From the IMG/VR virus record IMGVR_UViG_3300025085_000011: a stretch of 20,000 bases of DNA, one strand, 5' to 3'. Shown here piece after piece: positions 1 through 7,970 of the stretch (positions are counted from its first letter, which is position 1; the number at the start of each line of letters is the position of its first letter). The notes below the pieces were generated by a model. It was not told the DNA's origin and made no database searches. It saw nothing but the letters and a program-made list of their open reading frames with translations. The stretch comes from an uncultured virus (IMG/VR IMGVR_UViG_3300025085_000011). Its lineage: Duplodnaviria; Heunggongvirae; Uroviricota; Caudoviricetes. Made by a program: the position numbers and the translations under genes.

Positions 1-6
1 TTTAAA

Positions 7-150
7 ATGCGTACTCTTGGTGATAAGCAGCGGAAACAACCTCAGCAAACAAAAGAGGTAAAAACCGTAGAAGCTCCTGTCGAGACTCCTAATCCTCCAG
101 CTGCTTCAGAATCAAATCAAATTTTTGATGAGTCAGTCGCTTTAGGTTAA
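7..150 (+). CDS. Small hypothetical protein (47 aa from ATG at 7; may begin upstream of the window)
   Basis: Read manually: MRTLGDKQRKQPQQTKEVKTVEAPVETPNPPAASESNQIFDESVALG*, TAA at 148-150. It overlaps the stop of the convergent holin-like gene and is not in the ORF track. Confidence 0.55.
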   Translation: MRTLGDKQRKQPQQTKEVKTVEAPVETPNPPAASESNQIFDESVALG

Positions 151-465
151 ATCTGAAGTTTGTTTTTTGACTTTTGCTTCTAAGATTTTATCCGCCATAG
201 ACAAAAGTCGAATCCCTGCATAACCACATACAAAGGACGTGGCTACAGATTCTGACTTTGATAAATTAAACTTTTCTGATACAGCAGGACTAACGAACAC
301 AGCTAAGAAATAACCAACTACTAATGTTCTTATAAGCATGAAACCCATGTGTTTCATGTTTTTTTTATGGACGATAGAGTCCGTAAGGGAACCTGCTACT
401 GAGGCCATAATACCCTCTCCATCATTTATCAAGATACCGAGTACCTTTGCTCCAAAAAATAGCAT
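142..465 (-). CDS. Putative holin / small membrane protein
   Basis: 107 aa with hydrophobic segments (LIRTLVVGYFLAVFVSPAV; SVATSFVCGYAGIRLL), a G-x-x-G motif in the last helix and a basic C-tail (KVKKQ). This is the usual layout of small phage holins. Confidence 0.55.
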   Translation of the reverse strand: MLFFGAKVLGILINDGEGIMASVAGSLTDSIVHKKNMKHMGFMLIRTLVVGYFLAVFVSPAVSEKFNLSKSESVATSFVCGYAGIRLLSMADKILEAKVKKQTSDLT

Positions 466-511
466 CCAGAGCCAAGCAAAAGAACCTAAGCTTGTTTAAT
501 TTTAACTCAGG

Positions 512-517
512 TAAACT
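512..517 (+). promoter_or_regulatory. Putative -10 element TAAACT
   Basis: TAAACT lies 21 nt before ATG 539. The same hexamer recurs upstream of five other + strand genes. Confidence 0.5.
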
Positions 518-538
518 TATATGAGTTGATTTTACGTA

Positions 539-1360
539 ATGGTTTATATCCCTACTTCCAACTGGAAATACGACAAAAGCCTTTACCACTCGATTCAGTC
601 TGGACCTCAACGAACAGGAGATAACTTAGATCGAACAGATACGTACTTAACTTTTTCTAGTGGCTACGTGATGCCTAATGGCGTTCAACAAACCTATGAG
701 TCAGTAAGTAGCGAGGGTGCTGACTTTGGAGTTATTCGAGTAGGTCCGCCAAACATCAGCGGTTACTTTAATACCGAGTGGAAGGCAGTACCACCGGCAA
801 TAAGTGGTTACTGGACAAATTACGACAACGTAAACCCTCATGCTTCAGGTCTACTAGACAGCTATGTAGGCTTTAGAGCACAAGGTTTGTATAAGACAGC
901 AAACTCAACGGTTCAAACCGCGATCGGTCCTCAACCAGGTTTACGGAACTTTGGATCATTCACGTGGTATGGAGAACAAGTACCAGATAATCAAATTTAT
1001 AGTCCGTTCCAAACTCCTAGATCTAATGACAACTCAAGTGAAGGAGGAGGAATTACCGGCGGAGGTATAACGCAACCTAGGTTACGTGCTCCAGCATTAA
1101 CTAACCCAACTAATGACACTACGGGGTCAAGAGCAGCTTGGGTGTACCACTATCCGATCTATTGTCAGAGTTTGGTTGAGACGCGATATAGCTCAGCACC
1201 AGGTCAGATGGGCTCCCCAACACGTAACAGCTACCGAGGTAAGTCCTCGCGTTACGTACCAAACTACGGCTCCGTATATGGAAAACTTGGAGAAGGAGTT
1301 AGGAACATGGTACGCACCTTTAGTCCTGGTGTTAATAGCTCTAATCAAAAAGGCATTTAA
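539..1360 (+). CDS. Hypothetical virion-associated protein (G/S/T/Y/P-rich)
   Basis: 273-aa ORF immediately upstream of the capsid gene, with a composition typical of structural proteins. No family recognised. Confidence 0.6.
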   Translation: MVYIPTSNWKYDKSLYHSIQSGPQRTGDNLDRTDTYLTFSSGYVMPNGVQQTYESVSSEGADFGVIRVGPPNISGYFNTEWKAVPPAISGYWTNYDNVNPHASGLLDSYVGFRAQGLYKTANSTVQTAIGPQPGLRNFGSFTWYGEQVPDNQIYSPFQTPRSNDNSSEGGGITGGGITQPRLRAPALTNPTNDTTGSRAAWVYHYPIYCQSLVETRYSSAPGQMGSPTRNSYRGKSSRYVPNYGSVYGKLGEGVRNMVRTFSPGVNSSNQKGI

Positions 1361-1452
1361 CTTCATTAAACCACTATAAATGCGACACAATTTTCGTTCA
1401 AACAGTATCTACTGGTTTATATTTATAAAGTAGTTTTTTTCGAGGGAATCCA

Positions 1453-2568
1453 TTGTTCATCGACAATGATTTCCCGAAGATTCTCGGTGCAGAGCTTTAC
1501 CGTCCGCACCCTGCTTACATCGTAGAAATGGCCGCTGAACCAGTGGTCGTACACGATTTTAGTAAGCAGCCAGGCCAGACGGTACAGCTTGATCGTTACC
1601 GGTTCTTCGGAAACCCTGGCTCTAAAGAGTCACGCGAGCGTACCGCTGAGCAGACCATTGGTACTGCTAACAGCCGGAACATTGTCAAAGACAAGGTTCT
1701 GGTAACCCTTAAAGAGTATACCGGCCCTGCGGATCCTTCAGATCCTACACAGCCTTCTACCTTTAAGATTGCGCGTGAAACTCTCATCACAGCGCAGCGC
1801 CTTCTGCTTGATACAGGCAACCTTACAACTTTCCACCAGAGCATCGGTTCGCTGACTCTGCTGGATGATTATCGTCGTTGGCGCGACCGCGTCTTTGTAA
1901 ACGAACTTCTTAAGTCTGTTTCTAAAGGCCAGTCTTCCGATAGCCAGGGTGGTTACTACTTCCCCGGTGATCTTGCAACTGGAGCCCTAACTTACACCAA
2001 CGCCGAGCAAGCTAAGTTCGACGTTAAGGATGACCTCCTTCGTGTGGTTAAGTCTCTGCGTAAGCGGAACACTCCTACATTCCAAGATGGTTTCTATCGC
2101 TGTATTTGCGATCCCACCTTTTTGATGCACCTCCGTCAGAATTCTGACTTCCGCGAGGTTGCACGTTACCCCGGTAACGGCCAAATCAACCCACTTATGT
2201 CTGGGATGCAGCCTAACGCTGCTCTCTACATGGGTCAGGGTTTTGGGCAAGCCACCTTCTTGGCTGGCGAGCCGATCATGCCTACCGGCTTTGTGTTTGA
2301 AGGAGTTCGCTTCTTCGAGTCCACAAACATGCCAACTCAGACTCAAGCTGCCACGATTGCAGCGACAGCGCAAGACTACAACGCAGCTGTTGGTATCTTC
2401 TTCGGTCCTCAAGCCATTGGCGTGGGTATCGGTGGATCCAATGCTCAAGTCCTCTTGAACAATAACGACGATTTTAGTCGCTATATCATGATGATTTGGT
2501 CGTTGTATGCAGGTTTCGAGCTGCTTAATGCAGATTTCGTAACCGTTGGTTACTCATTCGACGCTTGA
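1453..2568 (+). CDS. Major capsid protein (HK97 fold, N4-gp56/DUF4043-like)
   Basis: 371 aa with capsid-like motifs: KQPGQTVQLDRY (E-loop region), YRCICDP..LMHLRQNSDF, GFVFEGVRFFESTN, FFGPQAIGVG, DDFSRY..IWSLYAGF. Codon bias is strong. TTG start with GAGGG at 1442-1446; an in-frame TAA at 1426 excludes an upstream ATG. Confidence 0.88.
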   Translation: MFIDNDFPKILGAELYRPHPAYIVEMAAEPVVVHDFSKQPGQTVQLDRYRFFGNPGSKESRERTAEQTIGTANSRNIVKDKVLVTLKEYTGPADPSDPTQPSTFKIARETLITAQRLLLDTGNLTTFHQSIGSLTLLDDYRRWRDRVFVNELLKSVSKGQSSDSQGGYYFPGDLATGALTYTNAEQAKFDVKDDLLRVVKSLRKRNTPTFQDGFYRCICDPTFLMHLRQNSDFREVARYPGNGQINPLMSGMQPNAALYMGQGFGQATFLAGEPIMPTGFVFEGVRFFESTNMPTQTQAATIAATAQDYNAAVGIFFGPQAIGVGIGGSNAQVLLNNNDDFSRYIMMIWSLYAGFELLNADFVTVGYSFDA

Positions 2569-2582
2569 GGAGGTAACTAACA

Positions 2583-3458
2583 ATGATTAACGCTAACCAG
2601 CTTCACGTTTCCAAGATTTATCCTGGAAACTACGTAAACGTTCTGCGGTATTGGCACGAAGTCAAGACCATGCAGTTCGAGAACGCAAATGGCGTTCAAC
2701 AGAGCTACACGAACCAACCTGTCGGCGGTCCTGTCGGCGTTGTGTTCCGTCCCGGTTGGATTGCTCAACAGGCAGTCGGTTATGTCGACCTGAGTTATCA
2801 GGCTCTCGGCACTAACAATCAGCTGAGCTACTACACACAGCCTTACGGCTCTGGGTCTAACGACGCTAATCAGCCGTTCCTCAACGCGAACGTCATCATC
2901 CCTTCTCCTGACTTCCATAAGGATGTTCGGGCTGACATCACTGATGGCCTTAAGGCACCTGCAGGTGCTTACGCGTATCGTGCATCACTTCGTGTTGACG
3001 GCGGCGACGTTGTCAGTTCTGGTGTTGCCGGTGGTTCTGCCACCCCAACCCTGACTCTCATCCCTGCGGTGGGCGAAGGTCTTTCTGCTGACGGCACCGT
3101 CGTCAGTGGTCAGTTCGGCGTTTCGATTGTCGGCTCTAGCAGCCGCATCGCTAACGGCAGCGTGGCCTCCACCAACATCGTCGATTCCAGCACACTTGCT
3201 GCTTTGGGATCCGAGACTCAGTGGAAGTTGTTTACCACGACCAACCTGGGCGGCTCTGCTGCTTCTGGTTTGGCTCAAGGCTCAGGTATCTACGATCCCC
3301 GTGCCGGTGCTAACAAGCTGTCTGGTGATGACAAGGCTCTCGCTATCTGCGAAGTTTGTTGGATCCTTCCTGACGAACCCCCCGAGCGTCAAGACGTTGC
3401 TCTGCAACCTGACGGTTTGGTTGAGTCACAGGTTTACACCTCCACCTCACCTTCCTGA
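2583..3458 (+). CDS. Capsid-associated structural protein (minor capsid/decoration-like)
   Basis: 291 aa directly after the MCP with a strong SD (GAGGAGG at about 2567-2573), the same codon bias, and a shared downstream terminator. G/S/A/V-rich. Confidence 0.65.
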   Translation: MINANQLHVSKIYPGNYVNVLRYWHEVKTMQFENANGVQQSYTNQPVGGPVGVVFRPGWIAQQAVGYVDLSYQALGTNNQLSYYTQPYGSGSNDANQPFLNANVIIPSPDFHKDVRADITDGLKAPAGAYAYRASLRVDGGDVVSSGVAGGSATPTLTLIPAVGEGLSADGTVVSGQFGVSIVGSSSRIANGSVASTNIVDSSTLAALGSETQWKLFTTTNLGGSAASGLAQGSGIYDPRAGANKLSGDDKALAICEVCWILPDEPPERQDVALQPDGLVESQVYTSTSPS

Positions 3459-3480
3459 TACACTAATTAGGAACACGGAC

Positions 3481-3509
3481 GACCCCTCCCGCCAGAGGGG
3501 TCTTTTTTT
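3481..3509 (+). terminator. Rho-independent terminator ending the capsid operon
   Basis: GACCCCTC (3481-3488), loop CCGCCA, GAGGGGTC (3495-3502), then T7. Confidence 0.9.
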
Positions 3510-3588
3510 GTGCTTTAGTAAACATATAAAACTAATTTTTTTCAAAATATGTAGAGTTGACTTACTCCATTGCGCTCATGAAGCACTT

Positions 3589-3849
3589 ATGGCTAATAAA
3601 GAAATCTCAGATTTAAAGTTAGACAGAAAAGAATGCGAAAAATGCGGCGCTACGTGGTTAAATGGACAGCATTTTTGGGCTACAGGGGCAAAAGGTAATG
3701 AATATGACCTAGCTGGGCTTGTTTGCAACCGAGCAAACTCAGAAAAGTGCATAAACCCTATGAAAGGTAGTGAAGAAGGTGATACTTGGGATAAAAGAGC
3801 GGCATTTATCGATGGAATTGACGAAGCAATTAAAAAAATGCTGATGTGA
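3589..3849 (+). CDS. Conserved cyanophage-type small Cys-rich protein (86 aa)
   Basis: MANKEIS..ECEKCGATWLNGQHFWATGAKGNEYDLAGLVCN..CINPMKG..GDTW resembles a hypothetical family I recall from cyanophages and cyanobacteria. The start is placed at ATG 3589, after the terminator, not at 3106. Confidence 0.75.
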   Translation: MANKEISDLKLDRKECEKCGATWLNGQHFWATGAKGNEYDLAGLVCNRANSEKCINPMKGSEEGDTWDKRAAFIDGIDEAIKKMLM

Positions 3850-3902
3850 CTAGTGCTTTTGCAGTATTTTGATATACACTGACGATAAATGGTGATCTGT
3901 AG

Positions 3903-4367
3903 ATGACTACGAAGGTTTTTAAGCCCAGCGGCGTAAAAGTAGATATCCTTTCGACTCACGACGACGGTGAATACTTCATGTGTCGTTCAAACACGACAGG
4001 AAAAGTTTTTTTTGCGCATAAAGATCAAGTTGACGACTTTATGGAGGCAAATACACCGACTCCAAAGTCAAACGCATTGAAAACAAGGCGCGGGAGACGT
4101 GCTGTAAAGGGAGAAGAGGTAAAAGAAGAAACAAACACCGTGGTTAAGCCTCTTCCTCCTGCAGACAACAGAATTAATTTAAACACTTTGACTGCAGAAG
4201 GTCTGACTCAGTGTTTACCGGGCGTTGGTCTGAAAACAGCTAAAGAAATTATCGAGTTAAAGCAAAGTTTGCCTGGAGAAAAGTTTAGTAAGCTCGATCA
4301 GTTGGAATCAATTAAGCGAGTTGAATGGGCGGAAGTTTTTGCTACTGGAGTTGTTTATGTTGAGTGA
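3903..4367 (+). CDS. Helix-hairpin-helix (ComEA/HHH_3-like) DNA-binding protein
   Basis: The C-terminal RINLNTLTAEGLTQCLPGVGLKTAKEIIE..GEKFSKLDQL matches the ComEA-type HhH pattern (INxNxAxxxELxxLPGIGxxxAxxII..F.S.xxL). There is a basic linker (KTRRGRR) and TACACT 22 nt upstream. Confidence 0.8.
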   Translation: MTTKVFKPSGVKVDILSTHDDGEYFMCRSNTTGKVFFAHKDQVDDFMEANTPTPKSNALKTRRGRRAVKGEEVKEETNTVVKPLPPADNRINLNTLTAEGLTQCLPGVGLKTAKEIIELKQSLPGEKFSKLDQLESIKRVEWAEVFATGVVYVE

Positions 4368-4404
4368 CCTACAATAAGTACCTAAGGTGGCGGGTACTTA
4401 AAAA

Positions 4405-5025
4405 ATGGCGCAGCTCTCAATTAACGAGCTAGAACAAATCCAGAGTTTTCTGGCTCAGCAGGGCGTCACATTTAACGCTACGTCAACTGATGCAACTAAG
4501 CGTGAAGTAATTTACGCAGCAGTTAACCAGTTATCCAGAAACCCAGCACAGACCTTTGGTTATGCGCTAGACGACTTTAACTTTAGTCGTACTGCGTATC
4601 ACCTAGGTTTTAATATTGCGACTGTACCTGCTGGAGATTACGCAAGACTATTAGAAGCTTGTAATAGCATTCCGAGTGAATTTTATTACGACAAAATTGT
4701 TCAGCAGCTTGAAAGGTGCGAAGAAGCTGAACGTTTGACTGAGCTGGCTACAGGTCGAGCAACTAGTAGACAAGAAACAATTCTTGGTGACGTTTCTCGT
4801 TCTATCAGCATTCAAGACAAAAACGAAGTAACAAAAGTTTGGAGAGCTAACTACCTGTACGAGTGTGATCGTCTAGCTGAAATGCTTTACGTCCCTAACT
4901 ACAAGAACCCCGTGGCAGCTCGGTATAGGTTTGAAAGAAGTGGAGGAGAGTTTATTCAGGCAATTCCTGGTCCTCCTGATGTGTCACGAGCTGACCGCCT
5001 GTATTTTTATGCAAACTGGCGCTAA
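4405..5025 (+). CDS. Putative head-completion / head-tail adaptor-like protein
   Basis: 206-aa mostly helical protein downstream of the capsid genes. The function is inferred from position and size only. Confidence 0.4.
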   Translation: MAQLSINELEQIQSFLAQQGVTFNATSTDATKREVIYAAVNQLSRNPAQTFGYALDDFNFSRTAYHLGFNIATVPAGDYARLLEACNSIPSEFYYDKIVQQLERCEEAERLTELATGRATSRQETILGDVSRSISIQDKNEVTKVWRANYLYECDRLAEMLYVPNYKNPVAARYRFERSGGEFIQAIPGPPDVSRADRLYFYANWR

Positions 5026-5059
5026 ACTTAAAGCACGAATAGTTTTTGGTTTGTAGCAA

Positions 5060-6808
5060 ATGGGTTTTTTTAATGTTATAGGAAAAGCTGGGATAGAACT
5101 CGGTCAAGCTGGAATTAGAACTGTTGATGATTTGATCCGTAACGTTGTGCTTCCCGCTGCACAGATGACGGGTGATGACCTGATTGTGGAGAAGGTGATT
5201 AAAGAAGGGCACAACATGGGTATGAGGAATCTGCCCATTCTTCCTCGACCTGGTTTAATTGGTGAGTCGCCTCAAGCTGTAAACCAAGCAATTGATGCTG
5301 TACGACGTACTCAAGCACCAGCGCCTCGTTTCGGTGGAAATGTTGAAGCAAGAAGTCCTTTTATTCCTCAAACATCTCCCGTTGCTCCGATAGGGCCACG
5401 CACTCGCGGCGGTGACATTGTTCCTGTAAATCCTCAAGCTGCCCCTGCTCCTCGTCGAGAAATTCCTAGTGAATCTTTCATGCGTCCAACGGCTGAGAAT
5501 GTTCCCGTCGTACCTTCAAGTAACACAAGGCAGTTAAGTCTTGATCTGAGATTTCCTGCGGGTGCGCGTAGCTCTAGAGAAGTCATCACTTCAAAAGGAG
5601 CTATTAAACCAGAAGGCTCTAACGTTGGAGGCCAGTTTTACAACCCAGAAGCTGCTTCAGTAAGAGATCTTAGGGATGCAGGAACTTACGAGGGCTTTAG
5701 GAACTCTCCTATGAGTGCGGATCCGTTCCTTGACGGACAGACAAATCTTTTTGCCCCTAAGTCTGAAGTAGAGCAAGCTATCGAAAGGTTCAATATCGCT
5801 CGCATGGGCGGTATGCCTGCACCCGTTGGAAGACAAGCACCTGTTCCTGAGTTTGGACGCGGTGGTTTAGTGCGAAGTGGGATGGACGACCTTCCTGTTG
5901 AAAGAGTCCGTGTTTCTGTGGACCCGTCCGCACCTAGAGCTTCAGCTGCAGTAGATCCTGTTGTTTCAATGAACAGCGCGACTGGGGCGAGGCAAGTTGA
6001 TTTGAGCAAGATGCTTTCAGATCCTAGAATTCTTGCGGCTCTAGGAGCTACAGGTTTAGGTGCCGTTGGTGTTGGAATGATGAACCAAGGGGGCGGAGAA
6101 GAAGCAGTAACTCCTCAAGCACCAGTTTCTCAGGATCCTGACCTTCGTATCGCTGAAAGACTCACCGGAGATCTCAACGCCAACCCTCTCTTCCGTGAGC
6201 CTGATGGATCTGCACTCGGCGGCAGTTTTTCTGAGCAAAGTGAGTTAGGTCGTTTGCTAAGAGAAATTCAGAGCAGCTCAGGAGCTAACCCTGAAAGCCG
6301 CGCTCCAACAGTAACCGGCGGTAACGATCAAAGGCGGAGCGTAGTGCGCGAAGCACTTCAACAAGCTGATCCTGTTGCTGCTGCAGTTATGCGAGCTACA
6401 GAGCCTATGAGTCCTGAAAAGTACGGCAGTGCTGCTGAGTACTACGCAGCTCGTCAAAACTATGCTTCTCAACCCTCTATCCGTGCGCAACTTGCGAGTC
6501 AAATGGAAGGCGATATGGCCACGTGGGCTGAAGCTAATCCTGCTCTTGCCTACGAACTTCAACGTCGGTCGATGAGCAATCCACAGGCAAATCAACAGTC
6601 TGCGGAATCAGTCACTACTTCGTATCAGACTGGAACTCAGATGGGACCTCAAGTAGAGAACAACGCTGCAGGTAATGCATTCTTCGCAGGCGAAGCAGCT
6701 GTTACAGGAGAGCAAGGAGCACAAGACTTGAAGAGTGCTACTGACCCTATCCCCGCTAAGAGTCTTAATTTGATTCAGTCTTACCTAGACTCCGCCTACC
6801 GTTATTGA
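5060..6808 (+). CDS. Large low-complexity protein, candidate internal virion/ejection protein
   Basis: 582 aa, P/A/Q/G/R-rich and Cys-free, with one Gly-rich hydrophobic segment (ILAALGATGLGAVGVGMM). It lies within the virion module. Confidence 0.5.
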   Translation: MGFFNVIGKAGIELGQAGIRTVDDLIRNVVLPAAQMTGDDLIVEKVIKEGHNMGMRNLPILPRPGLIGESPQAVNQAIDAVRRTQAPAPRFGGNVEARSPFIPQTSPVAPIGPRTRGGDIVPVNPQAAPAPRREIPSESFMRPTAENVPVVPSSNTRQLSLDLRFPAGARSSREVITSKGAIKPEGSNVGGQFYNPEAASVRDLRDAGTYEGFRNSPMSADPFLDGQTNLFAPKSEVEQAIERFNIARMGGMPAPVGRQAPVPEFGRGGLVRSGMDDLPVERVRVSVDPSAPRASAAVDPVVSMNSATGARQVDLSKMLSDPRILAALGATGLGAVGVGMMNQGGGEEAVTPQAPVSQDPDLRIAERLTGDLNANPLFREPDGSALGGSFSEQSELGRLLREIQSSSGANPESRAPTVTGGNDQRRSVVREALQQADPVAAAVMRATEPMSPEKYGSAAEYYAARQNYASQPSIRAQLASQMEGDMATWAEANPALAYELQRRSMSNPQANQQSAESVTTSYQTGTQMGPQVENNAAGNAFFAGEAAVTGEQGAQDLKSATDPIPAKSLNLIQSYLDSAYRY

Positions 6809-6838
6809 GCTAAACTTAAATACAACTAGGTTTATTTC

Positions 6839-7372
6839 ATGGACTCATCCCCAGAAAATAATAACCAAGGAGGTAAATTCCTTAACGCGTTAATCCAGGG
6901 AGTTCGCATGGCTGCGGACTTCAAGCGCGGTTACGATAACCCAGATTTTTATCGCGGTAATCGTACACGTTTAGCATCTGATAGGTTCCAAGATATGATT
7001 TTGGAGTCACAGCGTCGTAATGACGAAAGAGCTGATGCAGCTAGAGCTGCACGTATGGAAGCGGATGAAAAATCTAGAAATTCTCGTTTACTAACAAATT
7101 TGTATAACAGAGGAGATATTTCTAAGGAACAGTATCTTCAAGGTATTACATCAGGTGTGATGCCTAGCTTTGATGCACCTGAGTCTGTACTTAATCCTGA
7201 AACCTTTGACTACAGTAAGTATGGTTTGGAGGGTTTTGGTATGGAGGATATTAAAGGGGTTTTACAGGATTATCCTGGTACAACCTTTGATCAGCTACAA
7301 GAACTTGGTGAAAACGCACGTAACCGTGGATTAAATATCGGAAGTAAAGCTAGTGACGTAATAGGATTTTAA
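6839..7372 (+). CDS. Hypothetical protein (candidate internal virion protein)
   Basis: 177-aa ORF with a charged helical segment. It is preceded by GCTAAACTTAAA at 6809-6820. Confidence 0.6.
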   Translation: MDSSPENNNQGGKFLNALIQGVRMAADFKRGYDNPDFYRGNRTRLASDRFQDMILESQRRNDERADAARAARMEADEKSRNSRLLTNLYNRGDISKEQYLQGITSGVMPSFDAPESVLNPETFDYSKYGLEGFGMEDIKGVLQDYPGTTFDQLQELGENARNRGLNIGSKASDVIGF

Positions 7373-7409
7373 ACTTCTAACCGACCCCTAAACACACCCT
7401 GAACATACA

Positions 7410-7967
7410 ATGGCTTCAACTAGTACCAACAAGCAACCCCTTATGGTTGATCGTCCTTTCTTTAGGGGCGCTCGAATCAACAACGGTACTACTGTTGTTG
7501 CTAATCCCAGTAACCCTGACTTTGGGGATCTTATTCAACTAGTCCGTGTGGGAGACATCCCCTCAGAAGACGGTGGCCTAGTTGAAGATATTTTTCTTGT
7601 TTCATCTGAAGGTTATCCCGACGATGGCGGAGTAAGGACAGCTGCATTTGGTGTTTATGTCTATGCTCCAAACCAAGCAGCACCTTCTACCTCCACGTCT
7701 CTTCTCGTAGGTAAGTTTCAGGTCGGTTTGTCTGGAGGAACTGAAGGCGTTATTCAACGAGTTGAACTACCAGCAACCGTTGCACCAACTCCTCAGGTTG
7801 GCGACACAACCCTTGTTTATCCGATTGAACGAGGTAAGTCTGAAGCTATGTACCTGGAAAAAGGTTACATTCTCTGCATCGGTTACTTGGGTAACGGACC
7901 CGCTGCTGTTTCTGGTGGATTGAGTCCTTCCGGCGTCACAATCATGGCGCAGGGCGGTTTCTATTAA
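7410..7967 (+). CDS. Hypothetical structural protein (beta-rich)
   Basis: 185 aa with beta-strand patterning, ending ..YLEKGYILCIG..IMAQGGFY. It is 3 nt from the next gene. Confidence 0.6.
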   Translation: MASTSTNKQPLMVDRPFFRGARINNGTTVVANPSNPDFGDLIQLVRVGDIPSEDGGLVEDIFLVSSEGYPDDGGVRTAAFGVYVYAPNQAAPSTSTSLLVGKFQVGLSGGTEGVIQRVELPATVAPTPQVGDTTLVYPIERGKSEAMYLEKGYILCIGYLGNGPAAVSGGLSPSGVTIMAQGGFY

Positions 7968-7970
7968 GTA

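Noticed and set aside
1596..3278. Several antisense and alternate-frame ORFs within the capsid genes
   Set aside because: These are expected shadows of strong codon bias and show no recognisable motifs.
3106..3588. N-terminal 161 codons of the 247-aa ORF, or a frameshift fusion from the 291-aa gene
   Set aside because: It overlaps a real gene in another frame and crosses a strong terminator. Only the part from ATG 3589 looks like a protein, and I saw no slippery site.
3903..4367. PsbU (photosystem II) as the identity of the HhH protein
   Set aside because: The LPGVG.KTA..II pattern is ComEA-type, and there is no signal peptide or PsbU-specific motif.
4952..6595. Short - strand ORFs inside the 582-aa gene; similarly 9140-9349, 10911-11138, 11491-11784, 14734-14997, 15236-15439, 15517-15807 and 19483-19882
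   Set aside because: They overlap better-supported genes on the opposite strand and have no motifs or start signals.
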